64,000 nt of DNA from Prolixibacteraceae bacterium (GTDB lineage: Bacteria; Bacteroidota; Bacteroidia; Bacteroidales; Prolixibacteraceae), in the NCBI GenBank assembly GCA_003537645.1, contig DPRM01000087.1, positions 36,592-100,591 on the forward strand. Reading direction: 5' to 3'. Position 1 is the stretch's first letter. Each line of letters begins with the position of its first letter. Under the pieces are notes generated by a model. It worked only from the letters and a program-made list of their open reading frames with translations. It made no database searches and was not told where the DNA came from. Below, in pieces: positions 29,408-38,292 of this stretch. A program made the translations under genes and the position numbers.

Positions 29408-31390
29408 ATGATGAAATTCAAGAAAATTCTCATAGCCAATCGCGGCGAAATTGCAGTTCGGATCATCCGGGCGGCGCAAAAGAACGGCATTTGTACTGTG
29501 GCAGTTTATGCTACTGACGATGCTGAATCGTTGCACGTTTCGCTGGCCGATGAGGCTGTATTTCTCGACGGAAAAACCTTGAATGAAACGTATCTTCATC
29601 AGCAGAAAATTATTCAGATTGCAAAAAAATCAGGCGTTGAAGCCATTCACCCCGGATATGGATTTTTATCTGAAAATGCTGGATTTGCGAAGAAAGTGGC
29701 CGATGCAGGACTTGTTTTTATCGGTCCTTCTCCTGAAAATATCCGACTTATGGGCGAAAAAAATCAGGCTTTCAAATACGTTGAATCATTGGGAATACCC
29801 ATTTTGCCTTCGTTTCGCGGAACTGTTGCAGAGTTGGTTCGGCACAGTTCTGAAATGGAATTTCCGGTAATGGTGAAAGCCTCGGCTGGCGGCGGCGGAA
29901 AAGGAATGGTGATATGTAATTCAGGAGAAGAGTTGTTGCCGGCACTTGATAAAGCAGAACGTCAGGCAATCAGTTATTTCGGAAACGGGGAATTGTTCGT
30001 TGAAAAATATTTGCCCAAAGCACGCCACCTCGAAGTTCAACTTTTGGCGGATCATCACGGGAATGTGCTTCACTTTTTCGAGCGCGAATGTTCGGTGCAG
30101 CGCCGATTCCAAAAAATTATAGAAGAAGCGCCTTCGCCTTCTATTAACGAAGAGCTTCGTAATCAACTGACTTCCGCAGCGGTAAAAATTGCCCAATCCA
30201 TGAATTACCGGAATGCCGGAACCATCGAGTTTTTGTTGGACGAAAACGGCCATTTTTATTTTTTGGAGATGAATACCCGCATTCAGGTGGAACATCCGGT
30301 TACCGAAATGATTACCAATACCGATTTGGTTTCGCTGCAATTGCAGGTCGCTGGGGGAAATGAACTGTCGTTAAAACAAAAAGATATTCGAATTTCGGGT
30401 CATGCCATTGAGGTTCGGCTTTGCGCCGAAGATGCGGAGAACAATTTCAAACCATCGGCCGGGAAACTGGCTCACTGGCAATTTCCAAAGAAAGAGAATT
30501 TACGGATCGAAACATTCGTGAAAGAAGGAATGACCGTATCGCCAAATTACGATTCGCTGATTGCTAAAATAATTGTTTGGGGCGAAAACAGAACGGACGC
30601 AATTGACCAAATGCAGCAGGTTTTGTCGGAAACATGTATTTCAGGAGTGCATACCAATCTTCCGTTTTTGTCCGGATTGATTGAAAGTGAGCAAATTAGT
30701 GGGAATAACATGTACACCCGATTTGTCGATGAAAACCTGGAACTACTGAACAATCAGATTCAGGAGAAGAAGAATCGTTTGGATAAGAACAGGTTGGTGA
30801 TCGCGTACTTTGTTTTTCATTTTTATCAGCAAAAAAACTCCGGAAATTCAGTTTGGGATCAGATTGGCTTTTGGCGAATCAACTCTTCGTTTGAAGTGAC
30901 TGTTGACGGATCGAAGTTTGATGGCAGTTTTGTGCCCAATACCCAAGGACAATTTTTCAGGATAAACGAGAAAACATATCCCGTTTCAGCCATTCAACGA
31001 AATGGAAATTTGCTCGAATTGGAGATTGATGGACAAACAGGAATCTTCTTTTGTGTTGAAAATAAACACGATACATTGATTTTGCACAATGGGTTTTTAT
31101 TTTCATTACGAAGCAATCTGTTGATTAATCAGGCATTGGTGCTTAACAAAAATGTGGCACTAACTAATAATTTTCAAAACCTTATTTGTGCCGATTTGTT
31201 TGGTAGGGTATTGAAAATAAATGTATGTGACGGAGATGTAGTTACTTCGGGGCAAACATTGTTGACACTTGAATCGATGAAAACTGAAATACATGTGCTC
31301 TGTCCGGTGAATGCACGGGTTAAAATGGTGCACGTAAAAACCGGAGAAACAGTGGCCGAAAAGCAGTTGCTTATTGAGTTGGAGACATAA
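29408..31390 (+). CDS. liuD: 3-methylcrotonyl-CoA carboxylase alpha subunit (biotin carboxylase + biotin carrier)
   Basis: ANRGEIA, HPGYGFLSEN, GGGGKGM, ERECSVQRR, EMNTRIQVEHPVTE, biotinyl-Lys motif ESMKT. Confidence 0.88.
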   Translation: MMKFKKILIANRGEIAVRIIRAAQKNGICTVAVYATDDAESLHVSLADEAVFLDGKTLNETYLHQQKIIQIAKKSGVEAIHPGYGFLSENAGFAKKVADAGLVFIGPSPENIRLMGEKNQAFKYVESLGIPILPSFRGTVAELVRHSSEMEFPVMVKASAGGGGKGMVICNSGEELLPALDKAERQAISYFGNGELFVEKYLPKARHLEVQLLADHHGNVLHFFERECSVQRRFQKIIEEAPSPSINEELRNQLTSAAVKIAQSMNYRNAGTIEFLLDENGHFYFLEMNTRIQVEHPVTEMITNTDLVSLQLQVAGGNELSLKQKDIRISGHAIEVRLCAEDAENNFKPSAGKLAHWQFPKKENLRIETFVKEGMTVSPNYDSLIAKIIVWGENRTDAIDQMQQVLSETCISGVHTNLPFLSGLIESEQISGNNMYTRFVDENLELLNNQIQEKKNRLDKNRLVIAYFVFHFYQQKNSGNSVWDQIGFWRINSSFEVTVDGSKFDGSFVPNTQGQFFRINEKTYPVSAIQRNGNLLELEIDGQTGIFFCVENKHDTLILHNGFLFSLRSNLLINQALVLNKNVALTNNFQNLICADLFGRVLKINVCDGDVVTSGQTLLTLESMKTEIHVLCPVNARVKMVHVKTGETVAEKQLLIELET

Positions 31391-31495
31391 GCTCCCCATA
31401 AAGGGAAGGTAGTTTGGCAGTGAATCTTTTGTATTTTGACATTTTTAAAACAGCATATAATGGAAAAACATAAATCTACGAACACCATTTTTTTT

Positions 31496-31529
31496 AGCCT
31501 CCTCTTGCGGAGGGGGTTTGGGGGAGGCT
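31496..31529. repeat. REP-like element of the same family as 28576-28606
   Basis: AGCCTCCTCTTGCGGAGGGGGTTTGGGGGAGGCT, with a degenerate partner at 31389-31410. Confidence 0.65.
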
Positions 31530-31533
31530 CCTT

Positions 31534-32688
31534 ATGAATGCTTTATTACAAGAGAAACATCATCAGATCAGGGCGAAAGTGCGGCAATTTGCCGAAACGG
31601 TCATAAAACCCGTGATCGACGATTTCGACGAAAAAGAAATTTTTCCTGTCGAGCTGGTTCGCGAAATGGGCAAAACCGGCGTACTGGGAATGAATGCTCC
31701 TGTTGAATTTGGTGGGCAGGGCAGCGATTATCTTTCGTATGTGATTGCCATTGAAGAAATGGCGCGGGTTGACAGTTCGATGGCTGCTACACTGGCCGCA
31801 CACAACTCGCTGGGCGTTGGGCCAATCGTTGAGTTTGGCACGCAAAAACAGAAGGAAACTTTCCTTCCGGCGTTTTGCACGGGCGAAAAACTTTGGGCTT
31901 TTGGGCTGACCGAAGAAAATGCCGGATCGGACGCCCAGGGCGTTGAAACTACCGCTCAAATTTCAGGAAATGAGTTTATTGTGAATGGCTCAAAAAAATA
32001 CATTACCAACGGAACTTCGGAGATTTCTGCCGGAATGACCACTTTGGCGCTTACCGGAGAAAAGGACGGACGAAAAGAATTTACTGCTATCCTGATTGAA
32101 AAAGAACGCGTAGGATTCGTTCGTGAAACCATGAAAAGCAAGTTAGTTTGGCGTGCCGCCGATAACGGAATGTTGTATTTCAACGATTGCCGGGTTCCGC
32201 TCGAAAACCAATTGGGTGAACGTGGCTATGGTTTTAAAATCATGCTGAAAACATTGGATTCGGGTCGTTTGTCCATTGCTGCCATCGGACTTGGATTGGC
32301 ACAGGGAGCATTTGAAATGGCAAAAGCTTACGCAAAACACCGCAAACAATTCGGCAAATCATTGAGCGAATTTCAGGTCATCGCATTTAAGCTGGCCGAT
32401 ATGGCGCTGAAAATTGAAAATGCCCGAAACACATTGTACAATGCGTGTTGGCTGAAAGATAACCATCATCCGTTTGCCCAACAGGCTGCGATGGCCAAGC
32501 TGTATTGTGCCGAAATTGCCCGCGAAGTGGCCGATGAAGCCGTTCAGATTTTGGGTGGCGCCGGTCTGTTTAAGAACCGCGAATGGCCAATCGAGCGCTT
32601 CTACCGCGATCAGCGATTGCTCCAGATCGGCGAAGGAACTTCCGAAATTCTCCGGATGGTAATTTCAAGAAATATTCTGAAAGAGTAA
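31534..32688 (+). CDS. Short/branched-chain acyl-CoA dehydrogenase (probable isovaleryl-CoA dehydrogenase, YngJ-like)
   Basis: AAHNSLG, FGLTEENAGSDA, NGSKKYITNG, TLDSGRLSIAA, QILGG, IGEGTSE. Context is liuBCD. Confidence 0.85.
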   Translation: MNALLQEKHHQIRAKVRQFAETVIKPVIDDFDEKEIFPVELVREMGKTGVLGMNAPVEFGGQGSDYLSYVIAIEEMARVDSSMAATLAAHNSLGVGPIVEFGTQKQKETFLPAFCTGEKLWAFGLTEENAGSDAQGVETTAQISGNEFIVNGSKKYITNGTSEISAGMTTLALTGEKDGRKEFTAILIEKERVGFVRETMKSKLVWRAADNGMLYFNDCRVPLENQLGERGYGFKIMLKTLDSGRLSIAAIGLGLAQGAFEMAKAYAKHRKQFGKSLSEFQVIAFKLADMALKIENARNTLYNACWLKDNHHPFAQQAAMAKLYCAEIAREVADEAVQILGGAGLFKNREWPIERFYRDQRLLQIGEGTSEILRMVISRNILKE

Positions 32689-32812
32689 AAAAGATTGGAG
32701 TGAACTAAAATTCGGAGTGCCTAAAGTTATTTCAGTTTACCAATCATAACCGAAAAAGCTGTAATTTGCAGGACGTTTTTACATTCGCAATTCAATGTCG
32801 TTTAGATTGGGA

Positions 32813-32876
32813 CGTCATTGCGAACGAAGTGAAGCAATCTGCTGATTAAAAGATCGCTTCGTTCCTCGCGATGACG
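32813..32876. repeat. GTCATTGCGA-type REP palindrome
   Basis: CGTCATTGCGAACGAAGTGAAGCAATCT...AGATCGCTTCGTTCCTCGCGATGACG. Confidence 0.75.
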
Positions 32877-32940
32877 ATTCTTATTGTGTGAATTCTTAAC
32901 TGAACGATTTTAATTTATCATTCATAATTCAACATTTCAA

Positions 32941-33951
32941 ATGGCTTCCGATCGAAAACTCGAACACATCAAACTTGCGCTTGAATCCCAGACAAATCTG
33001 GCAGAACAGGATCTTCGTTTCAACTACGAACCCATGCTTTCGGCACATCCTGAAAATTTGGATTTGAGTATTAATTTCCTCGGAAAAACCATGCAGTCAC
33101 CCATTTGGGTTTCGAGTATGACCGGCGGAACCGGTGTTGCGCAAACAATTAACAGAAACATTGCCCGCGCCTGCCGCGAATTCGGAATGGGAATGGGTTT
33201 GGGTTCGTGTCGTAAAATCCTTTTTGACAAAACGTATTGGACCGATTTTGATTTTCGCGACGAAATTGGCGATGATCAGCCATTCTGGGCCAATCTGGGA
33301 ATTGCACAAATTGAAGAATTGCTAGCATCAAATAACATTCATGCAGTGATTGATATGGTCGGAGAACTTCGCGCCGATGGATTGATCGTGCACGTAAATC
33401 CTTTGCAGGAATGGTTTCAGCCTGAAGGAAACCGATTGAAACAATCGCCTTTGCAGACCATTCAACAACTGTTGGATCAGGTTCAGCTTAAAGTAATTGT
33501 GAAAGAAGTCGGTCAGGGTTTTGGTCCTGAAAGTTTAAGGCAATTGCTCGCGCTTCCGATAGAAGCCATCGAATTTGGAGCTTACGGAGGAACTAACTTC
33601 GCAAAACTTGAAATGTTGCGTGATGATCCCCAGAAATTGGAAGCCAGTTTGCCGTTTGCATTTGTTGGGCAGTCTGCCAGTCAAATGGTTGATTCAGTCA
33701 ACCAAATCCTGAACGAATATCCAAATCTGGCTTGTCGTCAACTGATCATTTCAGGCGGCATTCAAAATGCGCTGGACGGTTATTACCTGACTTCTAAAAG
33801 TCAGCTTCCCGCTGTTTTTGGTATGGCTTCCGCCGTTTTGAAACATGCCTCGGTAAGTTACGAATCGCTGACCGCTTTCCTCGAAAATCAAATACAGGCG
33901 CTCCAACTTGCAAATTCCTATTTAAAAATCAATCCCGATTATCATGGATAA
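32941..33951 (+). CDS. fni: Type 2 isopentenyl-diphosphate delta-isomerase (FMN-dependent)
   Basis: RKLEHI, SSMTGG, MGLGS, ANLG, HVNPLQE..QPEG, IVKEVG.G, GGTNF, SGGI. Confidence 0.92.
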   Translation: MASDRKLEHIKLALESQTNLAEQDLRFNYEPMLSAHPENLDLSINFLGKTMQSPIWVSSMTGGTGVAQTINRNIARACREFGMGMGLGSCRKILFDKTYWTDFDFRDEIGDDQPFWANLGIAQIEELLASNNIHAVIDMVGELRADGLIVHVNPLQEWFQPEGNRLKQSPLQTIQQLLDQVQLKVIVKEVGQGFGPESLRQLLALPIEAIEFGAYGGTNFAKLEMLRDDPQKLEASLPFAFVGQSASQMVDSVNQILNEYPNLACRQLIISGGIQNALDGYYLTSKSQLPAVFGMASAVLKHASVSYESLTAFLENQIQALQLANSYLKINPDYHG

Positions 33952-35281
33952 TTCCATCATACAAGGGTTTTCGAAGTATAACAAACAGCAGCGCATTGAA
34001 GCGTTGATTCAGAAATACAGTTTTGATGCCGGTCTTGGACAATTCCTGAGATCGTGCCAGACCAGCGATGAGTCGATTCAAAAGATCATTGATGATCTGA
34101 GCGAGAATCCGGTTTCCAGTTTCCCTTTTCCTTTTTCCCTCGCTCCGAATTTTGTGGTAAATGGCAAAAATCTGTTTTTTCCACTGGTTTCCGAAGAAAG
34201 TTCAGTCGTTGCTGCACTAGCCAATGCTGCCGGTTTTTGGGCGAAACGTGGCGGTTTTCATGCCGAAGTTTTGGGTACCGAAAAAAAAGGGCAGCTTCAT
34301 TTTAAATGGAATGGAAATCCGGAATATTTACAATCGCTTTTTCCTGAAATAAAATTGAAGTTGCTGGCCGAAAGTGCTTTTCTGACAGCAAAAATGGAAG
34401 AGCGTGGCGGTGGAATTACCTCGGTTGAACTGAAAGCATTACCACATATTTTACCAAATTATTTTCAGTTGGATGCTGGTTTCGAAACCTGCGACGCGAT
34501 GGGAGCCAATTTTATCAACTCCTGTTTGGAACAGTTCGGGAAAAGTCTTCAGGATTACTTCCTGACCAGCGAAAAGGTTTCGAAAGGCCAGCGTGAATGT
34601 GAAATTATCATGGCTATTTTGTCGAATTATACACCTGACAGCAGGGTTCGTGCCTGGGTTGAATGCCCGGTTGCTGAACTTTTAGATGGAAAATCAGAAG
34701 CTGAATGTCTTCTGTTCGCGCAGAAGTTTGAGCAGGCCATCCGCATTTCGCAGGTTGATGTTTCGCGGGCGGTGACGCACAATAAAGGTATTTTCAATGG
34801 AATTGATGCGCTGGCTGTGGCAACCGGAAACGATTTCAGGGCCATTGAAGCTTGCGGACACGCCTATGCCACGCGAAATGGCCAATATGCTGGATTAACC
34901 GATGTACAGATTCAGGGTGGCATGTTTCGTTTCAGCCTCGAAATTGCAATGGCAGTCGGAGTGGTTGGCGGCGTGACGGCTGTTCATCCGATGGCTAAAC
35001 TGGCGATGAAAATACTCGACAATCCGTCGGCTAAAGAGTTGATGATGTATTTGGCAGTGGCTGGATTGGCATCCAATTTTGGCGCGGTCAAAGCATTGGT
35101 TTCGGTTGGCATTCAGCAGGGACACATGAAGATGCATTTGAGCAACATCCTGAATCAACTGAATATTCCGGAGGAGAAACGGACAAAAATTCAAAACTAT
35201 TTTCAGGATAAAACCGTGTCGTTTTCGGAGGTAGAAGAATATTGGAAGAGTTGCGGGTTACGGGATTCGGGTTGCGAGTAA
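33944..35281 (+). CDS. mvaA: Class II HMG-CoA reductase
   Basis: EESSVVAA, DAMGAN, RAVTHNKGIFNGIDA..ATGNDFRA.EA, GIQQGHMKMH. Overlaps the fni stop. Confidence 0.93.
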   Translation: MDNSIIQGFSKYNKQQRIEALIQKYSFDAGLGQFLRSCQTSDESIQKIIDDLSENPVSSFPFPFSLAPNFVVNGKNLFFPLVSEESSVVAALANAAGFWAKRGGFHAEVLGTEKKGQLHFKWNGNPEYLQSLFPEIKLKLLAESAFLTAKMEERGGGITSVELKALPHILPNYFQLDAGFETCDAMGANFINSCLEQFGKSLQDYFLTSEKVSKGQRECEIIMAILSNYTPDSRVRAWVECPVAELLDGKSEAECLLFAQKFEQAIRISQVDVSRAVTHNKGIFNGIDALAVATGNDFRAIEACGHAYATRNGQYAGLTDVQIQGGMFRFSLEIAMAVGVVGGVTAVHPMAKLAMKILDNPSAKELMMYLAVAGLASNFGAVKALVSVGIQQGHMKMHLSNILNQLNIPEEKRTKIQNYFQDKTVSFSEVEEYWKSCGLRDSGCE

Positions 35282-35375
35282 TGTCTTGCTCATCGGTTTT
35301 TGGATATTGATTATTCGATATTCAATATTGGAAATTTTCTTTTTTGGTCTATAATCTATAATCTAAATTCTATTG
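35251..35375 (+). repeat. Three consecutive heptamer microsatellites
   Basis: TTGCGGG-like x4 (35251-35278), TTGGATA-like x5 (35300-35334), TCTATAA-like x4 (35348-35375). Confidence 0.75.
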
Positions 35376-36299
35376 TCTTTCCCCACTACATATCACGCCA
35401 ATGGTAAACTGCTTTTAACCGGAGAATATTTGGTTCTTCACGGGGCAAAGGCACTTGCGCTTCCGTTAAAGCTGGGTCAGCAATTAACTGTTCAGGAAGG
35501 ATTGGATTCTGCAAACATAATTTGGCAGGCTTTTTACGATGGTAAAATCTGGTTCTCCTGCGAACTGAATCCGAATGATTTTTCGACCATCAAAACCAGT
35601 CATCCTGAAAAATCGGCTATTCTCCGGAAAATATTTCGGAACATTAAAACACTGAATCCAGACTTTCATCTAAAACCCGGAACGAAAATAGAGACCTCTC
35701 TGGATGCCAATCCTGAATGGGGTTTTGGCAGTAGCAGCACTTTGGTCAGCCTGCTTTCGCAATGGACTAAAGTAGATCCTTTTGCGCTAAACGAACTGGT
35801 TTTCAAAGGCTCCGGATTTGACATTGCCTGTGCAAATGCTGACGGGCCAATTTTTTATGTCAGGAATAAACCCGTTGTGCCTGCCAGGCTTACTTATCCG
35901 TTTACCAACCAATTGTTTCTTGTATATTCCGGGCAAAAGAAGGGAACGGCAAGTGAGGTTAGTAATTTCTTGAAAATGAAAACGATGCCCGACGGTTTGG
36001 TTGAAGAGATTTCAATGCTGTCACTGGAATTTGCCAACTGTCGTAATCATGCAACTTTTAATCATTTGATTGTTCAGCACGAAGATATCGTTGGTAAATT
36101 ATTAGGGAAATTGCCGGTTAAAATTGAGTATTATCCTGATTTTGAAGGCGAAATAAAATCACTTGGTGCCTGGGGTGGCGATTTTTATCTGATTTCGACT
36201 AAACTCCCTTTTTCAGGCGTAAGAAAATATTTTGAGAATAAAGGATTAACCACTATTTTTAGATGGAATGATCTGATTTTAAAACGGGAAAACCGATGA
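35373..36299 (+). CDS. GYDIA-type GHMP kinase (probable phosphomevalonate kinase)
   Basis: GKLLLTGEYLVL.GA, WGFGSSS, GSGFDIA, KSLGAWGGDF. TTG start. Confidence 0.75.
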   Translation: MSFPTTYHANGKLLLTGEYLVLHGAKALALPLKLGQQLTVQEGLDSANIIWQAFYDGKIWFSCELNPNDFSTIKTSHPEKSAILRKIFRNIKTLNPDFHLKPGTKIETSLDANPEWGFGSSSTLVSLLSQWTKVDPFALNELVFKGSGFDIACANADGPIFYVRNKPVVPARLTYPFTNQLFLVYSGQKKGTASEVSNFLKMKTMPDGLVEEISMLSLEFANCRNHATFNHLIVQHEDIVGKLLGKLPVKIEYYPDFEGEIKSLGAWGGDFYLISTKLPFSGVRKYFENKGLTTIFRWNDLILKRENR

Positions 36300-37348
36300 C
36301 CGGAAAAGAAAAAAATACCCATTGGACAAGTAAATGGCGATGCCCGTCGAACATCGCGCTGGTGAAATACTGGGGAAAACATGACTTTCAGAAACCAATG
36401 AATCCGTCGTTAAGTTTTGTGCTGCAAAATGCTTTTACCGAAACTTCGGTGGAGTTACTCAAGGAAAGCGAGCGGAAAGTTGAGTTTTATTTTGAAGGAG
36501 CAGCCAGTGATTTCGGCGAGCGGATTGAAAAGTATCTCATTCGTCTTTCGTCTCATTTGCCCTGGATTAACAAATACAATTTCAGGATACACAGCCACAA
36601 TAGTTTTCCTCATTCGGCCGGTATTGCCTCGTCGGCCTCGTCGTTTGGCGCATTGGCACTGTGTCTGGCCGAAATTGATTTTGCCATTTCAGGAAAAGAA
36701 CCCGATCATCCGGATCTATGGATAAAAGCATCGGAACTGGCGCGAATGGGAAGTGGAAGTGCCTGCCGGTCGGTGTATCCCGGGTTTGCCATCTGGGGAC
36801 AAACACAATTGTTCGAATCGTGCAGCGACGATCATGCGATGATGGTTTTTGAGGGAATTCATCCGATGTTTTACGGGTTACGCGATGCCATTTTATTGGT
36901 CGATTCGGGCACCAAAAAAGTTTCAAGTTCGGTTGGTCACGAGTTAATGAATAATCATATTTTTCAACGCTCGCGTATTGCGCAGGCACATCAGAATATC
37001 AGCGAGTTGTATCTTACTTTGCTTACCGGAAATCAGGAGAAATTTATTGAAGTGGTTGAAACCGAAGCGCTGAGTCTGCACGCCATGATGATGACTTCCA
37101 ATCCTTCGTTTTTATTGCTGAAACCCAATAGTCTGGAACTGATCAGCCGGATCAGACGTTTCCGCGAAAAAGCAAAAATCCCGGTTTCATTTACCATCGA
37201 TGCCGGTCCAAACATCCATTTACTCTATTTCAAAAAGGATGAGTTGGATGTGAAAGCTTTTATTGAGCGTGAATTGCTTGATTTCTGTGAAAGTGGGAAA
37301 TGGATTGACGACCGGATTGGGAAAGGACCGGAAAGGATAGAAGAATGA
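36296..37348 (+). CDS. mvaD: Diphosphomevalonate decarboxylase
   Basis: PSNIALVKYWGK, NPSLS, GIASSAS, ARMGSGSACRS, SSSVGH, TIDAGPNIH. Confidence 0.92.
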   Translation: MTGKEKNTHWTSKWRCPSNIALVKYWGKHDFQKPMNPSLSFVLQNAFTETSVELLKESERKVEFYFEGAASDFGERIEKYLIRLSSHLPWINKYNFRIHSHNSFPHSAGIASSASSFGALALCLAEIDFAISGKEPDHPDLWIKASELARMGSGSACRSVYPGFAIWGQTQLFESCSDDHAMMVFEGIHPMFYGLRDAILLVDSGTKKVSSSVGHELMNNHIFQRSRIAQAHQNISELYLTLLTGNQEKFIEVVETEALSLHAMMMTSNPSFLLLKPNSLELISRIRRFREKAKIPVSFTIDAGPNIHLLYFKKDELDVKAFIERELLDFCESGKWIDDRIGKGPERIEE

Positions 37349-38238
37349 ACTCAAAACTCCTGCTTTTTGGCGAATACGGATTGATGCTTGATGCGATGGC
37401 CTTGTCAGTTCCTTTCGAACGGTTTTCGGGCTATCTCGATTTTGATAGGGATCAATTTCATGCTGAAAGTACCGCTGAAATACGAAAATTTTACGAGCAT
37501 CTAAAAACTGGCGCTGAAAGCGCAAAACTGCATTTTCCCTTCAAACTCGAAATTCTGAAAGCTGATATTGAACGCGGATTGTTTTTCAATTCAAATATTC
37601 CGCAGCAATATGGACTTGGAAGTTCCGGCGCATTGGTAGCTGCACTTTTTAGCTGGTATGCGGCTGTTTCTGTTCCTGAAGAAGAACTTACACCTGAAAT
37701 ACTGAAAGCTGATTTTTCGATACTGGAAAGCTTTTTTCATGGAAGAAGTTCGGGCATCGATCCGCTGATTTCATTTCTGAACAAGCCGTTGCTCATTGAT
37801 TCAGAAAAAAAGATTCAACCAGTTCAGTTTGATTTGTCCGAATCAGCATTGTCGTTCGCGTTGATTGACACCGGAACTACCGGAGCAACAGGTCCATTGG
37901 TGCAGCATTTTATCGCCCAGTTTCAAATTCCGGAGTTTGGATTGGCTTTCGAAAAGCAGTTTATTCCGGCCAACAATGGCTGTATTGAGTCATTGCTAAA
38001 TGGCAATCAACAAAATTTCTTTCTTTTTCTGGAACAGTTGATTTACTTTCAGTTGCAGCATTTCAGGCGAATGATTCCCGGAAATTTTCACGCAGTTATT
38101 TCTGAAGCGCTTAACGATCAGGTTTTCATTAAGCTGTTGGGTTCGGGAGGCGGCGGTTTTTTGCTTGCAATTGCCAAAACATCAGGTTGCTTGAATAAAT
38201 GGGCAGAAAAGACCGGAACAGAATTGCTGGAAATTTGA
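37345..38238 (+). CDS. mvk: Mevalonate kinase-family GHMP kinase
   Basis: SKLLLFGEY, P..YGLGSSGA, ESFFHGRSSGIDP, KLLGSGGGG. Confidence 0.8.
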   Translation: MNSKLLLFGEYGLMLDAMALSVPFERFSGYLDFDRDQFHAESTAEIRKFYEHLKTGAESAKLHFPFKLEILKADIERGLFFNSNIPQQYGLGSSGALVAALFSWYAAVSVPEEELTPEILKADFSILESFFHGRSSGIDPLISFLNKPLLIDSEKKIQPVQFDLSESALSFALIDTGTTGATGPLVQHFIAQFQIPEFGLAFEKQFIPANNGCIESLLNGNQQNFFLFLEQLIYFQLQHFRRMIPGNFHAVISEALNDQVFIKLLGSGGGGFLLAIAKTSGCLNKWAEKTGTELLEI

Positions 38239-38247
38239 ATCTTTAAA

Positions 38248-38288
38248 AAAAAAGCTGGGCTGAATAAACAATTCAGCCCAGCTTTTTT
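38248..38288. terminator. Bidirectional intrinsic terminator between mvk and dapL
   Basis: AAAAAAGCTGGGCTGAAT-AAACA-ATTCAGCCCAGCTTTTTT perfect stem with A/T tails. Confidence 0.9.
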
Positions 38289-38292
38289 ATGA

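Noticed and set aside
26893-31390. Geranyl-CoA, propionyl-CoA or acetyl-CoA carboxylase
   Set aside because: The beta-subunit motifs (FPDR..FGR.FYNQA, RLWDDG, GIFRM) and the beta-hydratase-alpha order fit methylcrotonyl-CoA carboxylase. Not formally excluded without a phylogeny.
26893-32688. Myxobacterial-type reverse route (HMG-CoA to isovaleryl-CoA for iso-fatty acids)
   Set aside because: That route uses HMG-CoA synthase, the CoA-transferase-like decarboxylase AibA/B and the reductase AibC. Here there is an ATP/biotin carboxylase and a flavin dehydrogenase, which favour the forward direction.
33944-35281. HMG-CoA reductase acting catabolically on mevalonate
   Set aside because: Catabolic use needs HMG-CoA lyase. 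The gene is embedded among IDI, kinase and decarboxylase genes.
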